Shown piece by piece: positions 20,803 through 31,499 of a stretch of 64,000 bases of DNA. The position numbers were made by a program, and so were the translations under genes. Position 1 is the first letter of the stretch, and each line of letters starts with the position of its first letter. Source of the DNA: an uncultured delta proteobacterium (GTDB taxonomy: Bacteria > Desulfobacterota > Desulfobacteria > Desulfobacterales > QNYZ01). Location of the stretch: contig CAWANO010000004.1 in the NCBI GenBank assembly GCA_963783425.1, forward strand, positions 6,969 to 70,968, in the 5' to 3' direction. The notes under the pieces are model-generated. The model did no database searches. It saw nothing but the letters and a program-made list of their open reading frames with translations, and was not told the origin of the DNA.

Positions 20803-21150
20803 ATGATCGTCGCAAGCGAGCACGGTGTAGAGGCCACGCCAATTCAAAATCCGGAGGTTAAAAATGCCGCCATGAAAGTGCTCATTTCACCGGCTGAAGG
20901 GTGGCAGGGGCATGTCATGCGTATCATCGAACTGGGGGCCGAGGGCTATACCCCCAAACACGTGCATGACTGGCCGCACATCAATTACATTTTGGAGGGA
21001 GAGGGCGTGCTGCACGTGGCGGGCAAGGACCAGAGCGTGTCGGCGGGAAGTTACGCCTACGTGCCGGCCGGCAGCGAGCACCAGTTCCGCAACGCGTCCC
21101 CGCTGCCCTTTCGCTTCATCTGCATCGTGCCCGAGGAGGGGCACGTGTGA
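20803..21150 (+). CDS. Cupin domain protein
   Basis: ATG behind AAGGAG. Cupin metal motifs are GYTPKHVHDWPHINYILEG and VPAGSEHQFRN. Confidence 0.75.
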   Translation: MIVASEHGVEATPIQNPEVKNAAMKVLISPAEGWQGHVMRIIELGAEGYTPKHVHDWPHINYILEGEGVLHVAGKDQSVSAGSYAYVPAGSEHQFRNASPLPFRFICIVPEEGHV

Positions 21151-21491
21151 AAATCGACAGCTACCAGTTCGGGCGTATCACTATTGACGGGCACCCCTAC
21201 GCCAACGATATCATCATTCTCCCGGACAACCGCGTTCAGGATGGGTGGTGGCGCCGGCACGGCCACCACCTGCGCGTGGAGGACATTGAAAATCTGGTCG
21301 AGGAGGCTCCGCAAATCATCATCGCCGGTACCGGCGCCTACGGACGCATGACCATCGACGCCGCGGTGGAACGTCTATTGCGCAGCAAAAAGATTGAACT
21401 GGTGGCCGAACCCACGCCCAAGGCCGTTGACGTGTTCAATCAACTGGTCGGGCAGCGGCGCATTGGGGCCGGATTCCACCTGACCTGCTAA
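21147..21491 (+). CDS. Mth938-like (DUF498) domain protein
   Basis: Has a 4-nt overlap with the cupin stop. Sequence: IDSYQFGRITIDGHPYANDIIILPD...WWRRHGHHLRVEDIENLVEEAPQIIIAGTGAYGRM. Confidence 0.6.
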   Translation: MKIDSYQFGRITIDGHPYANDIIILPDNRVQDGWWRRHGHHLRVEDIENLVEEAPQIIIAGTGAYGRMTIDAAVERLLRSKKIELVAEPTPKAVDVFNQLVGQRRIGAGFHLTC

Positions 21492-21553
21492 AAAAATGCG
21501 TTGTTGCTCAAGCCAGGCGCCGATTCTGCCGAAGCGGCTGCGTTCGCACCCCG

Positions 21554-22456
21554 CTACAGCATCGATTTTTCAAAACGGGCGTTTGTATACATGCCCCAGA
21601 GCTGCGAGAGCAGCATGCCGGTCAACATCAGCAGGCAGCCCATGAGACCGCGCACCGACAACACCTCACCCAGCAGCCACCAGCCGCCCAGGGCCGCGAA
21701 AACCGCCTCCAGGCTCAATATGATGGCCGCCGGGGCCGGGGTGGCGTGTTTCTGGGCCACCACCTGCAATGTGTAGGCAATGCCCACACTCATGAACCCT
21801 CCGTACAATATGGGCAGCGCCGCGGCGCGGATACCGGCCAGGGCAATGGTTTCAATCATCGCGGCCGTGATCAGGCTCAACAATGAACAGACGCCGAATT
21901 GAACGGCGGCGATCTTGATGGGGTTCATGCGCGGGGAGAGCCACCCGATCACGTGCACATGAAGGGCCCAAAAAAAGGCCCCCACCAGCACGAGTAAATC
22001 ACCCGTCTGAATGGTTAAGCGGTCGGTGACGCAGAGCAGGTACATGCCCACCGCCGCCAGAAAGGCGCCCACCCAGGTGCCGGCGTCGCTGCGCAGGCCC
22101 AGGGCGATGCCGAGTATAGGGACGAGCACCACATAGAGTCCGGTGATAAAACCGGCCTTTCCGGCCGTGGTGTAAACCAAACCCACCTGCTGCAGGGAAG
22201 CCCCGCAAAACAAGGCCACACCGGCGGCGACGCAACCCCAAAAGGCCTTTTTGCCGTTTAAAACTGGATCCCGCTGACGCCGCTCGCTCCACACCAAAAG
22301 GGGAATGAGTGATATTGTGCCCAGGCCGAAGCGTACCCCGTTGAAAGTGAAGGGGCCCACGTGGGTCATGCCCGCCCGCTGGGCCACAAAGGCGAACCCC
22401 CATATGGCGGCGGTAACGAACAGGAGGCTGTTGGCGGCGGTGGTTTTTTTATCCAT
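21554..22456 (-). CDS. EamA/DMT-family transporter
   Basis: Intact 300 aa. About 10 hydrophobic helices in two EamA-like halves. Confidence 0.8.
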   Translation of the reverse strand: MDKKTTAANSLLFVTAAIWGFAFVAQRAGMTHVGPFTFNGVRFGLGTISLIPLLVWSERRQRDPVLNGKKAFWGCVAAGVALFCGASLQQVGLVYTTAGKAGFITGLYVVLVPILGIALGLRSDAGTWVGAFLAAVGMYLLCVTDRLTIQTGDLLVLVGAFFWALHVHVIGWLSPRMNPIKIAAVQFGVCSLLSLITAAMIETIALAGIRAAALPILYGGFMSVGIAYTLQVVAQKHATPAPAAIILSLEAVFAALGGWWLLGEVLSVRGLMGCLLMLTGMLLSQLWGMYTNARFEKSML

Positions 22457-22472
22457 GGCAAATCGTACAGGT

Positions 22473-23405
22473 CTAACCCCGGTAGAGCAGAATCGGTGCG
22501 GCCGGTCGTTTGGCGTGCAGGTGAATGACCAAAAGCCCCAGGCAGATCAGCAGCAGTGCCAGAAGGATCTTTAGGGTGATGGGTTCGGAGAGCAGCGCAC
22601 CGCCCAGGATCACCCCCGAGACGGGCATGATAAAGATAAATGAGTGCAGGGCCACGGCGCCGTAACGCTGCAGCAACTGATTCCAGGCCACAAAACCGAA
22701 AGCGGCGGTCACCAGTCCCTGGTAGAGCAAGGCCAGCACCACCGTGGGCGTGATGTTGAAAACCATCTCGCCGTCCCAGATCACGGCGCCGGCCAAAAAA
22801 CAGGGTACGGCGACGATCATGGGATACAAAATCACCTGATGGGGCTCAAAATCGTCGATGATGCGTTTGACGTAAACCCCGTTGGCGGCCCACAGAAATG
22901 CGGCGCAAGTGATGAGCAAGTCACCGGTCCGCAACTGGCCCCCCCCGCCGTGCTGCTCCCAGTAGACGCAGGCCACGCCGCCAAAACCCAGGGCCAGACC
23001 GATCAGCTTGCGGGCCGTGATACGGTCGTTGGCGATAAAAAAATGGGCCAGAAAGAGCGTGAAAAAGGGCTGCAGGTTGGCCAGCAGCGTGCCGCGCGAG
23101 GCGTGGGTTTTGGAGAGCCCCAGATAAAAGAGCGTCAACTGGGCGGTAAAGAGTACAGCGATAAAGAGCAGGTGATGCCACTGCCCGGGTTGAAGCGGCC
23201 GGCTGCGACCGGTGAAATGGGCCCACAGCGATATGGCCACGGCCGCCATACTAAAGCGCATGGCCGCCATGGTGAGCGGGCCGATGCCGGCCATGGTGAC
23301 CTTGATGGCTACGGCATTGGCGCCGAAAAGTGCGCATAAAAAGACGGTGAACAAAATCGTCAGCGGTGGCATGGGGCTGTTTTGGGGAGGGCGGTTTTCG
23401 GTCAT
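22473..23405 (-). CDS. EamA/DMT-family transporter
   Basis: A polytopic membrane protein with two EamA-like halves. The start is taken at MTENRPPQ (the track ORF begins at 23477). Confidence 0.75.
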   Translation of the reverse strand: MTENRPPQNSPMPPLTILFTVFLCALFGANAVAIKVTMAGIGPLTMAAMRFSMAAVAISLWAHFTGRSRPLQPGQWHHLLFIAVLFTAQLTLFYLGLSKTHASRGTLLANLQPFFTLFLAHFFIANDRITARKLIGLALGFGGVACVYWEQHGGGGQLRTGDLLITCAAFLWAANGVYVKRIIDDFEPHQVILYPMIVAVPCFLAGAVIWDGEMVFNITPTVVLALLYQGLVTAAFGFVAWNQLLQRYGAVALHSFIFIMPVSGVILGGALLSEPITLKILLALLLICLGLLVIHLHAKRPAAPILLYRG

Positions 23406-23755
23406 GGCGGTGATACTCTTTTCCGACGGGGCGTCGTGTCTGCCGGCAATTGAGTCCTGTCGCGTCAGAACCGGCATCCGAGGCCCGCATGTCGAACCGG
23501 TTCTAGTCCACCGCAGCGGCCGGTGTCAATCAATTTGTCTCGGATAAGTGGGGAATCGGCCCTCTCCATCTGAAGGGGGCTTGGTCGCAGTTTGATCAGT
23601 CGGCTGATGCCGTCACGCCACGCCAGCCTTGACAGCCGCCCGGCGGCCGCTAAGTTACGGCATGGGTATTGACCATCCGGCGGTCGGCTGGGGTATCTAT
23701 TTCAGCACGCCAGCTCGGCTTCAAATCGACACAAACACGGCGCACGACAACCAAA

Positions 23756-24754
23756 ATGGCTCGACCGAAAGATCAAAAAACACGCGCCCTGGGGCTTTGT
23801 TCGGGTGGCCTCGACAGCATGTTGGCGGCGCTGGTATTGCGCGAACAGGGTGTTGAGGTGCAATGGATCTGTTTTGAAACCCCTTTCTTCAGTGCCGACA
23901 AGGCGCGCCAGGCCGCCCGGCAAACCGGCGTTGCCTTGGCGGTTGAAGATATCACCCCCGTCTATCTTGACATGCTGCGTAACCCCCCGGCCGGGTACGG
24001 CAAGTACATGAACCCCTGCATGGATTGCCACACCCTGATGTTCAAGCTGGCTGGAGAGCGCATGAAAAGGGATGGGTATGATTTTTTATTCAGTGGCGAA
24101 GTGCTTGGCCAGCGTCCCATGTCCCAAACCACCTCGTCTTTGAGCTATGTGGAAAAACACTCCGGCTTGCGTGGGTACATCCTAAGGCCTTTGAGCGCTC
24201 GCTTGCTGGCCGAAACGCTGCCGGAACAGCAGAAGATGGTGGATCGCCAGCGACTGTTGGGTTTGAGCGGGCGGGGGCGTAAGGATCAGATTCGGCTGGC
24301 CGCCCAGTTCGGAATCACCACCTATCCCACCCCGGCCGGCGGCTGTCTCCTGACCGACCGCGGCTACTCCAGGCGCCTGCGCGATCTCTTCGAGCATCAG
24401 GATCGCTGCACCGAATCCGAGCTGAACCTGCTCAAGTTCGGCCGCCACCTACGCCTAAGCCCCTCGGTCAAGTTGATCGTGGGGCGCAACCAGCTGGAAA
24501 ATGAGCAGATCAGCGCCCATATCGACCTGGCTGGCCACATTACCCTCAAAGTGATCGAGCACGCCGGCCCTCAGACGGTTCTGGTAGGCCGCCACAGGCA
24601 AGCGGTCATTCCCCAGGCCGCCGCCATATGCGCCGGCTACAGCAAGGCCTCCGGCCTGGAGCGCGTCAGCGTTTTGGTAACGTTCAATAACGGTGAGCGA
24701 ACGGTGCAGGTGACGCCGATGCGGCCGGCTGCGGTAGCTGATCTTCTGTTGTAA
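23756..24754 (+). CDS. PP-loop ATPase of the ThiI/MnmA tRNA-thiolation superfamily
   Basis: PP-loop LCSGGLDSMLAA, plus CMDCH and PAGGCLLTD motifs. The start is taken at MARPKDQ. Confidence 0.6.
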   Translation: MARPKDQKTRALGLCSGGLDSMLAALVLREQGVEVQWICFETPFFSADKARQAARQTGVALAVEDITPVYLDMLRNPPAGYGKYMNPCMDCHTLMFKLAGERMKRDGYDFLFSGEVLGQRPMSQTTSSLSYVEKHSGLRGYILRPLSARLLAETLPEQQKMVDRQRLLGLSGRGRKDQIRLAAQFGITTYPTPAGGCLLTDRGYSRRLRDLFEHQDRCTESELNLLKFGRHLRLSPSVKLIVGRNQLENEQISAHIDLAGHITLKVIEHAGPQTVLVGRHRQAVIPQAAAICAGYSKASGLERVSVLVTFNNGERTVQVTPMRPAAVADLLL

Positions 24755-24810
24755 CTTTATCTATGTAACTATTTGAATTATTAGTTTAACAACTGTGATT
24801 GGTTCCGCAT

Positions 24811-25872
24811 TCAGCCGGTAATGCCCTGGCGGATTTGGCGGACACGCAGCTGGCCGCAGGCGGCGCCGATGTCCTGACCTTTGCTGTAGCGTACGATGGT
24901 GGTGTAGTGTTTGGCGTGCAGCTGATCCTGAAAGGCGGTGACGGCGCCCTGGTCGGGTCGCTGGAAATCGCAGCCTTCAAAGGGGTTAAAGGGGATCAGG
25001 TTGATCTTGGCGGGGATGGGGTGCAAGAGGCGCGCCAGGCGGCGGGCGTGGTCGGGGCTGTCGTTAAGCCCTTTGATCAGAATGTATTCGAAGGTGATGC
25101 TGCTGCGCGGCTTAAGGGGAAAGGATCGGCAGGCCGCCAGCAGACGCTCGAGAGGATAGCGGCGATTGATGGGCATCAAATCGGCTGCGGGTGGCGTTGT
25201 CCACGGCGTTTAACGACACCGCCAGGCTGATGGCGGTCTCCTGGCCCAAGGGCACGATTTGCGGGGCGACCCCTGCCGTGGAGAGCGTGACACGACGGCC
25301 GGAGACGGACAAGCCGTAGCTGGCGTCGGTCAGGATTCCGATGGCCGAGACCACTTGACGGTAATTGGCCAGGGGTTCGCCCATGCCCATAAGGACAATG
25401 TTGAGGCGTTGGTCGGGATCGGGCAACTCCCGCCGAATATCGCGGACCTGGGCAGAATTTCGCCCCTGGTGAGGTTGCGTACAAAGCCGCCCCTGCCGGT
25501 CATGCAGAAGCGGCACCCTTGGGCGCAGCCCACCTGGCTGGAAATACAGAATGTATGTGACCCCTTTCAGGGATCAGAACACTTTCGATGAAAATGCCGT
25601 CCATCAGCCGGAACAGGTATTTGCAGGAGCCATCGCGCGGATCGGGCCAGGCGCACTTTTCGAGCCGGCCATGCTAAAATGGCTCAGCAGCAGCGCGAGA
25701 TGTTTGCCGATGTCGGTCATGGCCTCGAAATCGTCACCTGGCGTTGCTAGATCCACCTGAATATCTGACTGGCGTGAAAGGCTTGATGCCCTGGTCCTCA
25801 AGCCACTGGGCAGTTCTTCCAAGGATCAGGTCTTTGATGTCACTTTTAGGGCAGGTCTTGAGATGACGACAT
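24811..25872 (-). CDS. rlmN: 23S rRNA/tRNA adenine-C2 methyltransferase RlmN (radical SAM), about 5 apparent frameshifts
   Basis: The radical-SAM motif [24 protein letters not shown] is in the 25330-25533 frame. [14 protein letters not shown] is in 25112-25516. The C-terminus [11 protein letters not shown]...[14 protein letters not shown] is in 24811-25179. The N-terminus [19 protein letters not shown] starts at ATG 25872. Confidence 0.75.
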
Positions 25873-26012
25873 AACCTTTGGGTTAAACGTAAAAGAGAGT
25901 AGGTGAAAATAACCAATAAGCCATGCTAAATATTACCCCATTAATTCTACTTCAATAATTTTTTTGTTGCCAACTGAAAGGCTCGTTTGGATTTAAAAAG
26001 GGACCATTCAGG

Positions 26013-27347
26013 TATGTTTGAAGCTTGAGCGACAAACTAAACGGCGTGTTTAAACAGCTCAAGGGCCACGGCAAGCTGTCGGAAAAAAATATCGACCGAT
26101 GGACTAAAGCAGGTGCGCTTGGCCCTGCTGGAGGCTGATGTTCACTACAGGGTGGCCAAACAACTGATCGCCGATATCCGTGAACGGGCGCTGGGCCAGG
26201 AAGTGATGGGCAGCTTGACGCCCGGTCAGCAGGTCGTAAAGATCGTCAATGAAGAGCTGACCGAGCTGATGGGCTCCCGGCACGAAGAACTTGACCTGAG
26301 CGGGTCCGACCCGGTTTCGGTAATGCTCGTCGGGCTGCAGGGATCCGGTAAAACGACCACAGCAGGCAAACTGTCCGTCTTTTTGAGCAAAGAGGGCGAG
26401 CGTCCATATCTTGTTCCGGCCGATGTTTACCGGCCCGGCCGCCATTGACCAACTGGTCAAGCTGGGCGGCAGATTGACCGTGCCGGTATTTCCATCGTCC
26501 ACGCGATATGGACCCGGTTGAGATCTGCCGACAGGCGCGCACGGGGGCCCAGCAGGCCGCATATGATGTGATGCTGCTTTGACACGGCCGGCCGGCTGCA
26601 TGTCGACGAGGCCTTGATGGATGAACTGGGCCGCATCAAGGCGGCCGTCAACCTTCCGACATCCTGCTGGTGGCCGATGCCATGACCGGCCAGGATGCCG
26701 TCAACATCGCCAAGGCCTTTGACGACGCGCTGGATATCGGCGGCGTGGTGCTGACCAAGATGGATGGTGATGCCCGCGGTGGCGCTGCCATTTCCATCAA
26801 GGCGGTAACCGGCAAGCCGATTAAGTTTATCGGTGTGGGGGAAAAGCTCACCGATCTGGAGTCCTTTCATCCCGGATCGGATGGCTTCCCGTATTCTGGG
26901 AATGGGCGACATGCTGACCATGATTGAAAAGGCCCAGGCGGCCGTCGACGAAAAAAAGGCTGCCGAGCTGAAGAAAAAGCTCAAAAAAACCAGCTTCACC
27001 CTGGAGGATTTTCGCGATCAGATGGTGCAGATTCGCAAGATGGGGTCCCTTTCGGATCTCATCGGCATGATCCCCGGTCTGAACAAGCATAAACAGCTTA
27101 AAAACCTGAAAGTCGACGATCGGGAACTGGTCAGAATAGAGGCTATCATCAACTCCATGACGCCGAGGAACGCCGTAAGCACACGATCATCAACGGCAGC
27201 CGCCGTAAACGGATTGCCAGGGGCAGCGGCACCCGCATCCAGGACGTCAACAAGCTGCTGAAAAATTATGTCCAGATCATGAAGATGATGAAGAAAATGA
27301 ACAAAGGCGGCATGCGTGGCGCTATGCGCGGCATGATGCCATTCTAA
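26013..27347 (+). CDS. ffh: Signal recognition particle protein Ffh, about 6 apparent frameshifts
   Basis: MFE(S)[46 protein letters not shown]...[15 protein letters not shown]...[31 protein letters not shown]...[15 protein letters not shown]...[11 protein letters not shown]. The first frame loss is already at codon 4 (gaa-gc at 26019-26024). Confidence 0.85.
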
Positions 27348-27433
27348 CAAGCACCCCCGGCGATGTGTTGCCCTTGGGTTTGCGGTAGCGAATCATTGAA
27401 ACAGCTTTACAATGGCGTTCATAAGGAGAGCAA

Positions 27434-27687
27434 ATGTCAGTAAAAATTCGCCTGTCCCGACACGGGGCCAAAAAACGGCCGTTTACCGGATCGTAGCGGC
27501 AGATATCGAGAGCCCGCGTGACGGGAGGTTCATCGAAACACTCGGCACCTACAACCCGCTCAAAGATCCGGCCGAGGTGACGCTTGACAAGGAGAGGGTC
27601 GATTACTGGATCCAACAGGGTGCAACCCCGTCGGATACGGTCAGAAGCATTCTGAAACGTGAGGATTCCGTCGGCCAGGAGCAATAA
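27434..27687 (+). CDS. rpsP: 30S ribosomal protein S16, one apparent frameshift at T-run 27482-27484
   Basis: [28 protein letters not shown] is followed in the next frame by [26 protein letters not shown]... Confidence 0.85.
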
Positions 27688-27756
27688 GATCATTTCGTCG
27701 CCATTCATCCAGCGCACGTCGGTCAGTTTGAACGGAGCACCCGAGGAGCTTGTGCC

Positions 27757-27987
27757 ATGAAAGATCTGATCATTCACATCGCTCAGTCACTGGTTGACTA
27801 TCCGGAGCAGGTCGAGGTTAACGAAATCGAGGGGAGCCAAACCTCCGTGCTGGAACTCAGGGTGGCCAAGGAAGATCTCGGTAAAGTGATCGGCAAACAG
27901 GGTCGCACGGCGCGGGCCATCCGTACAATTCTCAGTGCGGCATCGGCCAAAATCAAAAAACGCTCTGTGTTGGAAATCATCGAATAG
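27757..27987 (+). CDS. KH-domain RNA-binding protein (UPF0109/YlqC family)
   Basis: Intact 76 aa with the GxxG motif [16 protein letters not shown]. It holds the conserved position between rpsP and rimM. Confidence 0.8.
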   Translation: MKDLIIHIAQSLVDYPEQVEVNEIEGSQTSVLELRVAKEDLGKVIGKQGRTARAIRTILSAASAKIKKRSVLEIIE

Positions 27988-27997
27988 CCGGGTGCCC

Positions 27998-28507
27998 ATG
28001 GCGACCGCGCACCTCATCGAGCTGGGAATAATCGTTGACGCGCACGGTGTTGCCGGCGTGGTCAAGGTGAAGATGTTCTCGGTATCCACTTGGGCCTTCA
28101 GGCCAAAGACGGTGTTGCACCTTTCCGACAACCCGCTTTTTCTGCAGACTCTAGAAGTCGAGCATGCCCAACCCTACCGGCAATCAGTTCGCCTGAAGCT
28201 CAAAGAGGTCAACGACCGCAATCGGGCCGAAGCCCTGGTGGGGGTCACGCTGTTGGCGCGGCGGGAGCAGTTGCCACCCACGGATGAAGATGAGTATTAC
28301 TGGTTCGAGCTTATCGGATTGAATGTTTTCGATAGTGACGATCGCCGCCTGGGGGTGCTCGAGGAGATTATCACCACCGGCGCCAACGACGTTTACGTGG
28401 TTCGCAACCAAAACGCGGAGGTGTTGATTCCGGCCATCAGATCGGTGGTCAAGCGGATTGATCTTCAACAAGGGGTCATGCGGGTCGATTTGCCCGAAGG
28501 GCTGTAG
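27998..28507 (+). CDS. rimM: 16S rRNA processing protein RimM
   Basis: MATAHLIELGIIVDAHGVAGVVKVKMFS...EYYWFELIGLNVF. Conserved context. Confidence 0.85.
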   Translation: MATAHLIELGIIVDAHGVAGVVKVKMFSVSTWAFRPKTVLHLSDNPLFLQTLEVEHAQPYRQSVRLKLKEVNDRNRAEALVGVTLLARREQLPPTDEDEYYWFELIGLNVFDSDDRRLGVLEEIITTGANDVYVVRNQNAEVLIPAIRSVVKRIDLQQGVMRVDLPEGL

Positions 28508-28628
28508 CCTCCCGGTAAGATTTGATCGCCAAGCTGATATCTCGGCGGCGAGTAGGGGTGTCAAAAGTCATCAAATGTTGGTCTGCGAGCCGGTCTATGC
28601 CGGCTTTTTCGTGCCTGGGCAGTGTGAG

Positions 28629-29396
28629 ATGCGGTTTTCGGTTTTGACAATTTTTCCCGACATGTTTGGGGATTTCATGCGCCACGGCATCGTGCGTCGC
28701 GCCATTGAAAAAGGCCTCATTCAGGTCGAGACCACCGATCTGCGCCGGTTTGCCGAGGGACGTCACCGGGTGACTGATGATCGGCCTTACGGCGGCGGTT
28801 GCGGCATGGTGATGAAACCAGAACCGCTGATTCGAGCCATCCAGTCCGCCAAGGCGCAACTGCCGGATGCCATGACCATTTTATTAACGCCCCAGGGCAG
28901 AACACTCGATCAGCCCCTTGCGGCGGATCTGGCGCGACAGCCGGCCCTGGTCCTGGTGTGCGGGCGTTACGAAGGGGTCGACGAACGGGTCAAGCAGGAC
29001 CACGTGGACACCGAAATGTCCATTGGTGATTTTGTGATGACCGGCGGCGAGCTGGCCGCCATGGTGGTGGTCGATGCCGTGACGCGCCTGTTGCCCGATG
29101 CGCTGGGCGATGAGGATTCGGCCCATTGCGATTCGTTCAGCCAGGATCTGCTCGACCATGCCCATTATACGCGGCCACCTGAGTATGACGCGGCCGCCGT
29201 GCCCGCGGTGCTGCGCTCGGGTGACCATCAGGCCGTGGCGCAGTGGCGCATGGAGTCCGCCCTGGTGCGAACATTGCTGAAACGGCCGGACCTGCTGATC
29301 GACAGAGCCCTGACCCGGGAAGAACTGACGGTGCTGGCGCGGTTTCATGATCACCTGAGGCGTATTTTGGAAAAGGCCGGGCGGCTAGCGCAATGA
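28629..29396 (+). CDS. trmD: tRNA (guanine37-N1)-methyltransferase TrmD
   Basis: MRFSVLTIFPDMFGDFM..DDRPYGGGCGMVMKPEP...CGRYEGVDERV...SIGDFVMTGGELAAMVVVDAV. Confidence 0.9.
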   Translation: MRFSVLTIFPDMFGDFMRHGIVRRAIEKGLIQVETTDLRRFAEGRHRVTDDRPYGGGCGMVMKPEPLIRAIQSAKAQLPDAMTILLTPQGRTLDQPLAADLARQPALVLVCGRYEGVDERVKQDHVDTEMSIGDFVMTGGELAAMVVVDAVTRLLPDALGDEDSAHCDSFSQDLLDHAHYTRPPEYDAAAVPAVLRSGDHQAVAQWRMESALVRTLLKRPDLLIDRALTREELTVLARFHDHLRRILEKAGRLAQ

Positions 29397-30004
29397 GTGC
29401 CGCCGCAACACGGGAGCCATCCGGACTCGCGGCGGCGGTCTCGCTCTATCTGGCGCTGGTGCATTATCCGGTGACCGATAAGAACGGCGCCACCATTGCC
29501 TCGGCGGTGACCCCTATCGATGTGCACGATCTGGCGCGGGTGGCCAAAACCTACGGCCTCAAAGGCGTGTTTGTGGTGACGCCGCTGGAAGATCAACGGC
29601 AGATCATCAAGCATTTGGTGGCACACTGGACCAAGGGTTACGGCGCCCAATACAATCCAAAACGGCGTGAAGCGCTCGAATTGATTGTTCTCGAGGCTAC
29701 CTTTGAAGCGGCCAAGGCGCGTATCACCCAAAGCGAGGGCGCGGTCCCACGGGTGGTCACCACCAGCGCCAAGGCCGGCCCCGAGACGGTGACCTTCAGC
29801 GATCTGAAGCAAGGGCTTGCGGGCGGCAGACCGCACCTGCTGGTGTTGGGAACGGCCTGGGGGTTGGCGTCGCAATTCATGGACGGCGCCGACGCGCGGC
29901 TGGAGCCGCTGGCCGGACCCGCGCGCTACAATCACCTGTCGGTGCGGGCAGCGGCGGCCATCATCGTTGACCGTCTGATGACCGGCTCGAATAAAATAGG
30001 TTGA
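29393..30004 (+). CDS. Predicted SAM-dependent RNA methyltransferase-like protein (Methyltrn_RNA_4-like)
   Basis: Has a 4-nt overlap with trmD. Sequence LALVHYPVTDKNGATIASAVTPIDVHDLARVAKTYG...GTAWGL...YNHLSVRAAAAIIVDRL; the family assignment is from memory of the PF09936 consensus. Confidence 0.55.
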   Translation: MSAAATREPSGLAAAVSLYLALVHYPVTDKNGATIASAVTPIDVHDLARVAKTYGLKGVFVVTPLEDQRQIIKHLVAHWTKGYGAQYNPKRREALELIVLEATFEAAKARITQSEGAVPRVVTTSAKAGPETVTFSDLKQGLAGGRPHLLVLGTAWGLASQFMDGADARLEPLAGPARYNHLSVRAAAAIIVDRLMTGSNKIG

Positions 30005-30068
30005 CAGTTCGATAATATTATCGTGAAAATATTCGGTTAAACGATTAATTTGGAAAAGCGGGGATGAC

Positions 30069-30413
30069 ATGGAACAAATCAATCAGATAAATTTTGAGAA
30101 CATGCGAATGGACGTGCCGGATTTCGATGCTGGCGATACCGTCAAAGTCCACGTGAAAATCAAAGAGGGCGGCAAGGAGCGGCTGCAGGTGTTCCAAGGC
30201 GTGGTGATCAGCAAGCGCAAGGGTACCTCCAATGCTTCTTTCACCGTTCGCAAGATCTCCTACGGTGTTGGCGTGGAGCGGGTCTTCCCGTTGCATTCAC
30301 CCAGCGTGGACCGCGTGGAAGTGGTCTCGCGCGGCCAGGTGCGCCGCTCGAAAATCTACTACCTTCGCAAGCTCAGGGGCAAGGCCGCGCGGATCCGCGA
30401 ACGCCGCGTATAG
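30069..30413 (+). CDS. rplS: 50S ribosomal protein L19
   Basis: Intact 114 aa: [60 protein letters not shown]. Confidence 0.95.
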   Translation: MEQINQINFENMRMDVPDFDAGDTVKVHVKIKEGGKERLQVFQGVVISKRKGTSNASFTVRKISYGVGVERVFPLHSPSVDRVEVVSRGQVRRSKIYYLRKLRGKAARIRERRV

Positions 30414-30516
30414 CCGCCAAGCAAGCGTGAACCGGGTTGCGGGCAAAAGCCGCCTTTTCGCCGCATTTTCCAGCCTTTGCCGTGACAGCGGGCCAAATCG
30501 CCGAACCAGGTTGGCC

Positions 30517-31131
30517 ATGGAAACGACGCTGAGCCAAGACCACTGGCACTTCGAACAACGGGCGATGGCCGAGGGGTACGACGCCATCGCCGGGGTCGAT
30601 GAAGTGGGCCGCGGCCCCTTGGCCGGGCCGGTGGTTTCAGCGGCGGTGGTGTTGCCCATAGGGTTCCGGGATCTCCGAATCACCGATTCCAAACGGCTTA
30701 CGCCCCGTCAAAGATTAGCGCTCTACCAGCACATCTACGACCACGCTGAAAGCATCGGGATCGGTATTGTCGACGCGGTCGAGATCGACCGGCGCAACAT
30801 CCTGCAGGCTGCCTTGGCCAGCATGGCCATGGCCGTCGCCAATCTGAGTCCGCAGCCGGGCTACCTCCTTATCGACGGGAAGTTCACCATTGCTAGCCCA
30901 ACCGCCCAGAGGGCCGTTATCAAGGGCGATTTGCGCAGTATCTCCATCGCGGCGGCCTCCATCGTGGCCAAAGTGACCCGCGATCGCATGATGGCCAGCT
31001 ATGACCTGCAGTACCCCCAATACGGATTTGCGCGTCACAAGGGCTACCCCACCCAGGCCCACCGCCAGGCCTTGATCAACCACGGGTGCTGTCCCATTCA
31101 TCGCCGTAGCTTCCGGGGCGTTGCGCCATGA
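30517..31131 (+). CDS. rnhB: Ribonuclease HII
   Basis: IAGVDEVGRGPLAGPVVSAAVVLP...DSKRLTP...ASIVAKVTRDRMM...GYPT. The start is taken at METTLSQ. Confidence 0.9.
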   Translation: METTLSQDHWHFEQRAMAEGYDAIAGVDEVGRGPLAGPVVSAAVVLPIGFRDLRITDSKRLTPRQRLALYQHIYDHAESIGIGIVDAVEIDRRNILQAALASMAMAVANLSPQPGYLLIDGKFTIASPTAQRAVIKGDLRSISIAAASIVAKVTRDRMMASYDLQYPQYGFARHKGYPTQAHRQALINHGCCPIHRRSFRGVAP

Positions 31132-31499
31132 GCCACCATGCCCAGCGATTGGGCCAAGCCAGTGAATCGATTGCCGTGGCCTATCTCAAGCGGCGGGGCT
31201 ATCGCATCCTCGAACGCAACTACCGCACGCCCTACGGCGAGGTTGACATCGTGGCCATCGAAAATGGCCGCATCGTCTTTGTCGAGGTCAAGGCGCGGCG
31301 CAGCCGGCGCTTCGGCGATCCTCGCTGGGCAGTCTCCACTCAAAAGCAGCGCCACCTGTCCAAGGCCGCCCTGACCTACCTGAAAACCAAGGCCGCCGCC
31401 GGCGCCAGAGCTCGTTTCGACGTGATTGCCATCGAGTACCTGGGCGACCTGCCCGAAGTAAAGTTGATTAAAAATGCCTTCGACCTCGCCTATGGCTGA
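31128..31499 (+). CDS. yraN: YraN-family (UPF0102) endonuclease-like protein
   Basis: GQASESIAVAYLKRRGYRILERNYRTPYGEVDIVAIENGRIVFVEVKAR. Has a 4-nt overlap with rnhB. Confidence 0.8.
   Translation: MSHHAQRLGQASESIAVAYLKRRGYRILERNYRTPYGEVDIVAIENGRIVFVEVKARRSRRFGDPRWAVSTQKQRHLSKAALTYLKTKAAAGARARFDVIAIEYLGDLPEVKLIKNAFDLAYG

Noticed and set aside
23629-23656. TTGACA-16 nt-TAAGTT, a sigma70-like promoter upstream of the PP-loop ATPase gene.
   Set aside because: It is plausible by eye, but a single hexamer match in 64 kb has little predictive value without transcript data. I did not report it as a feature.
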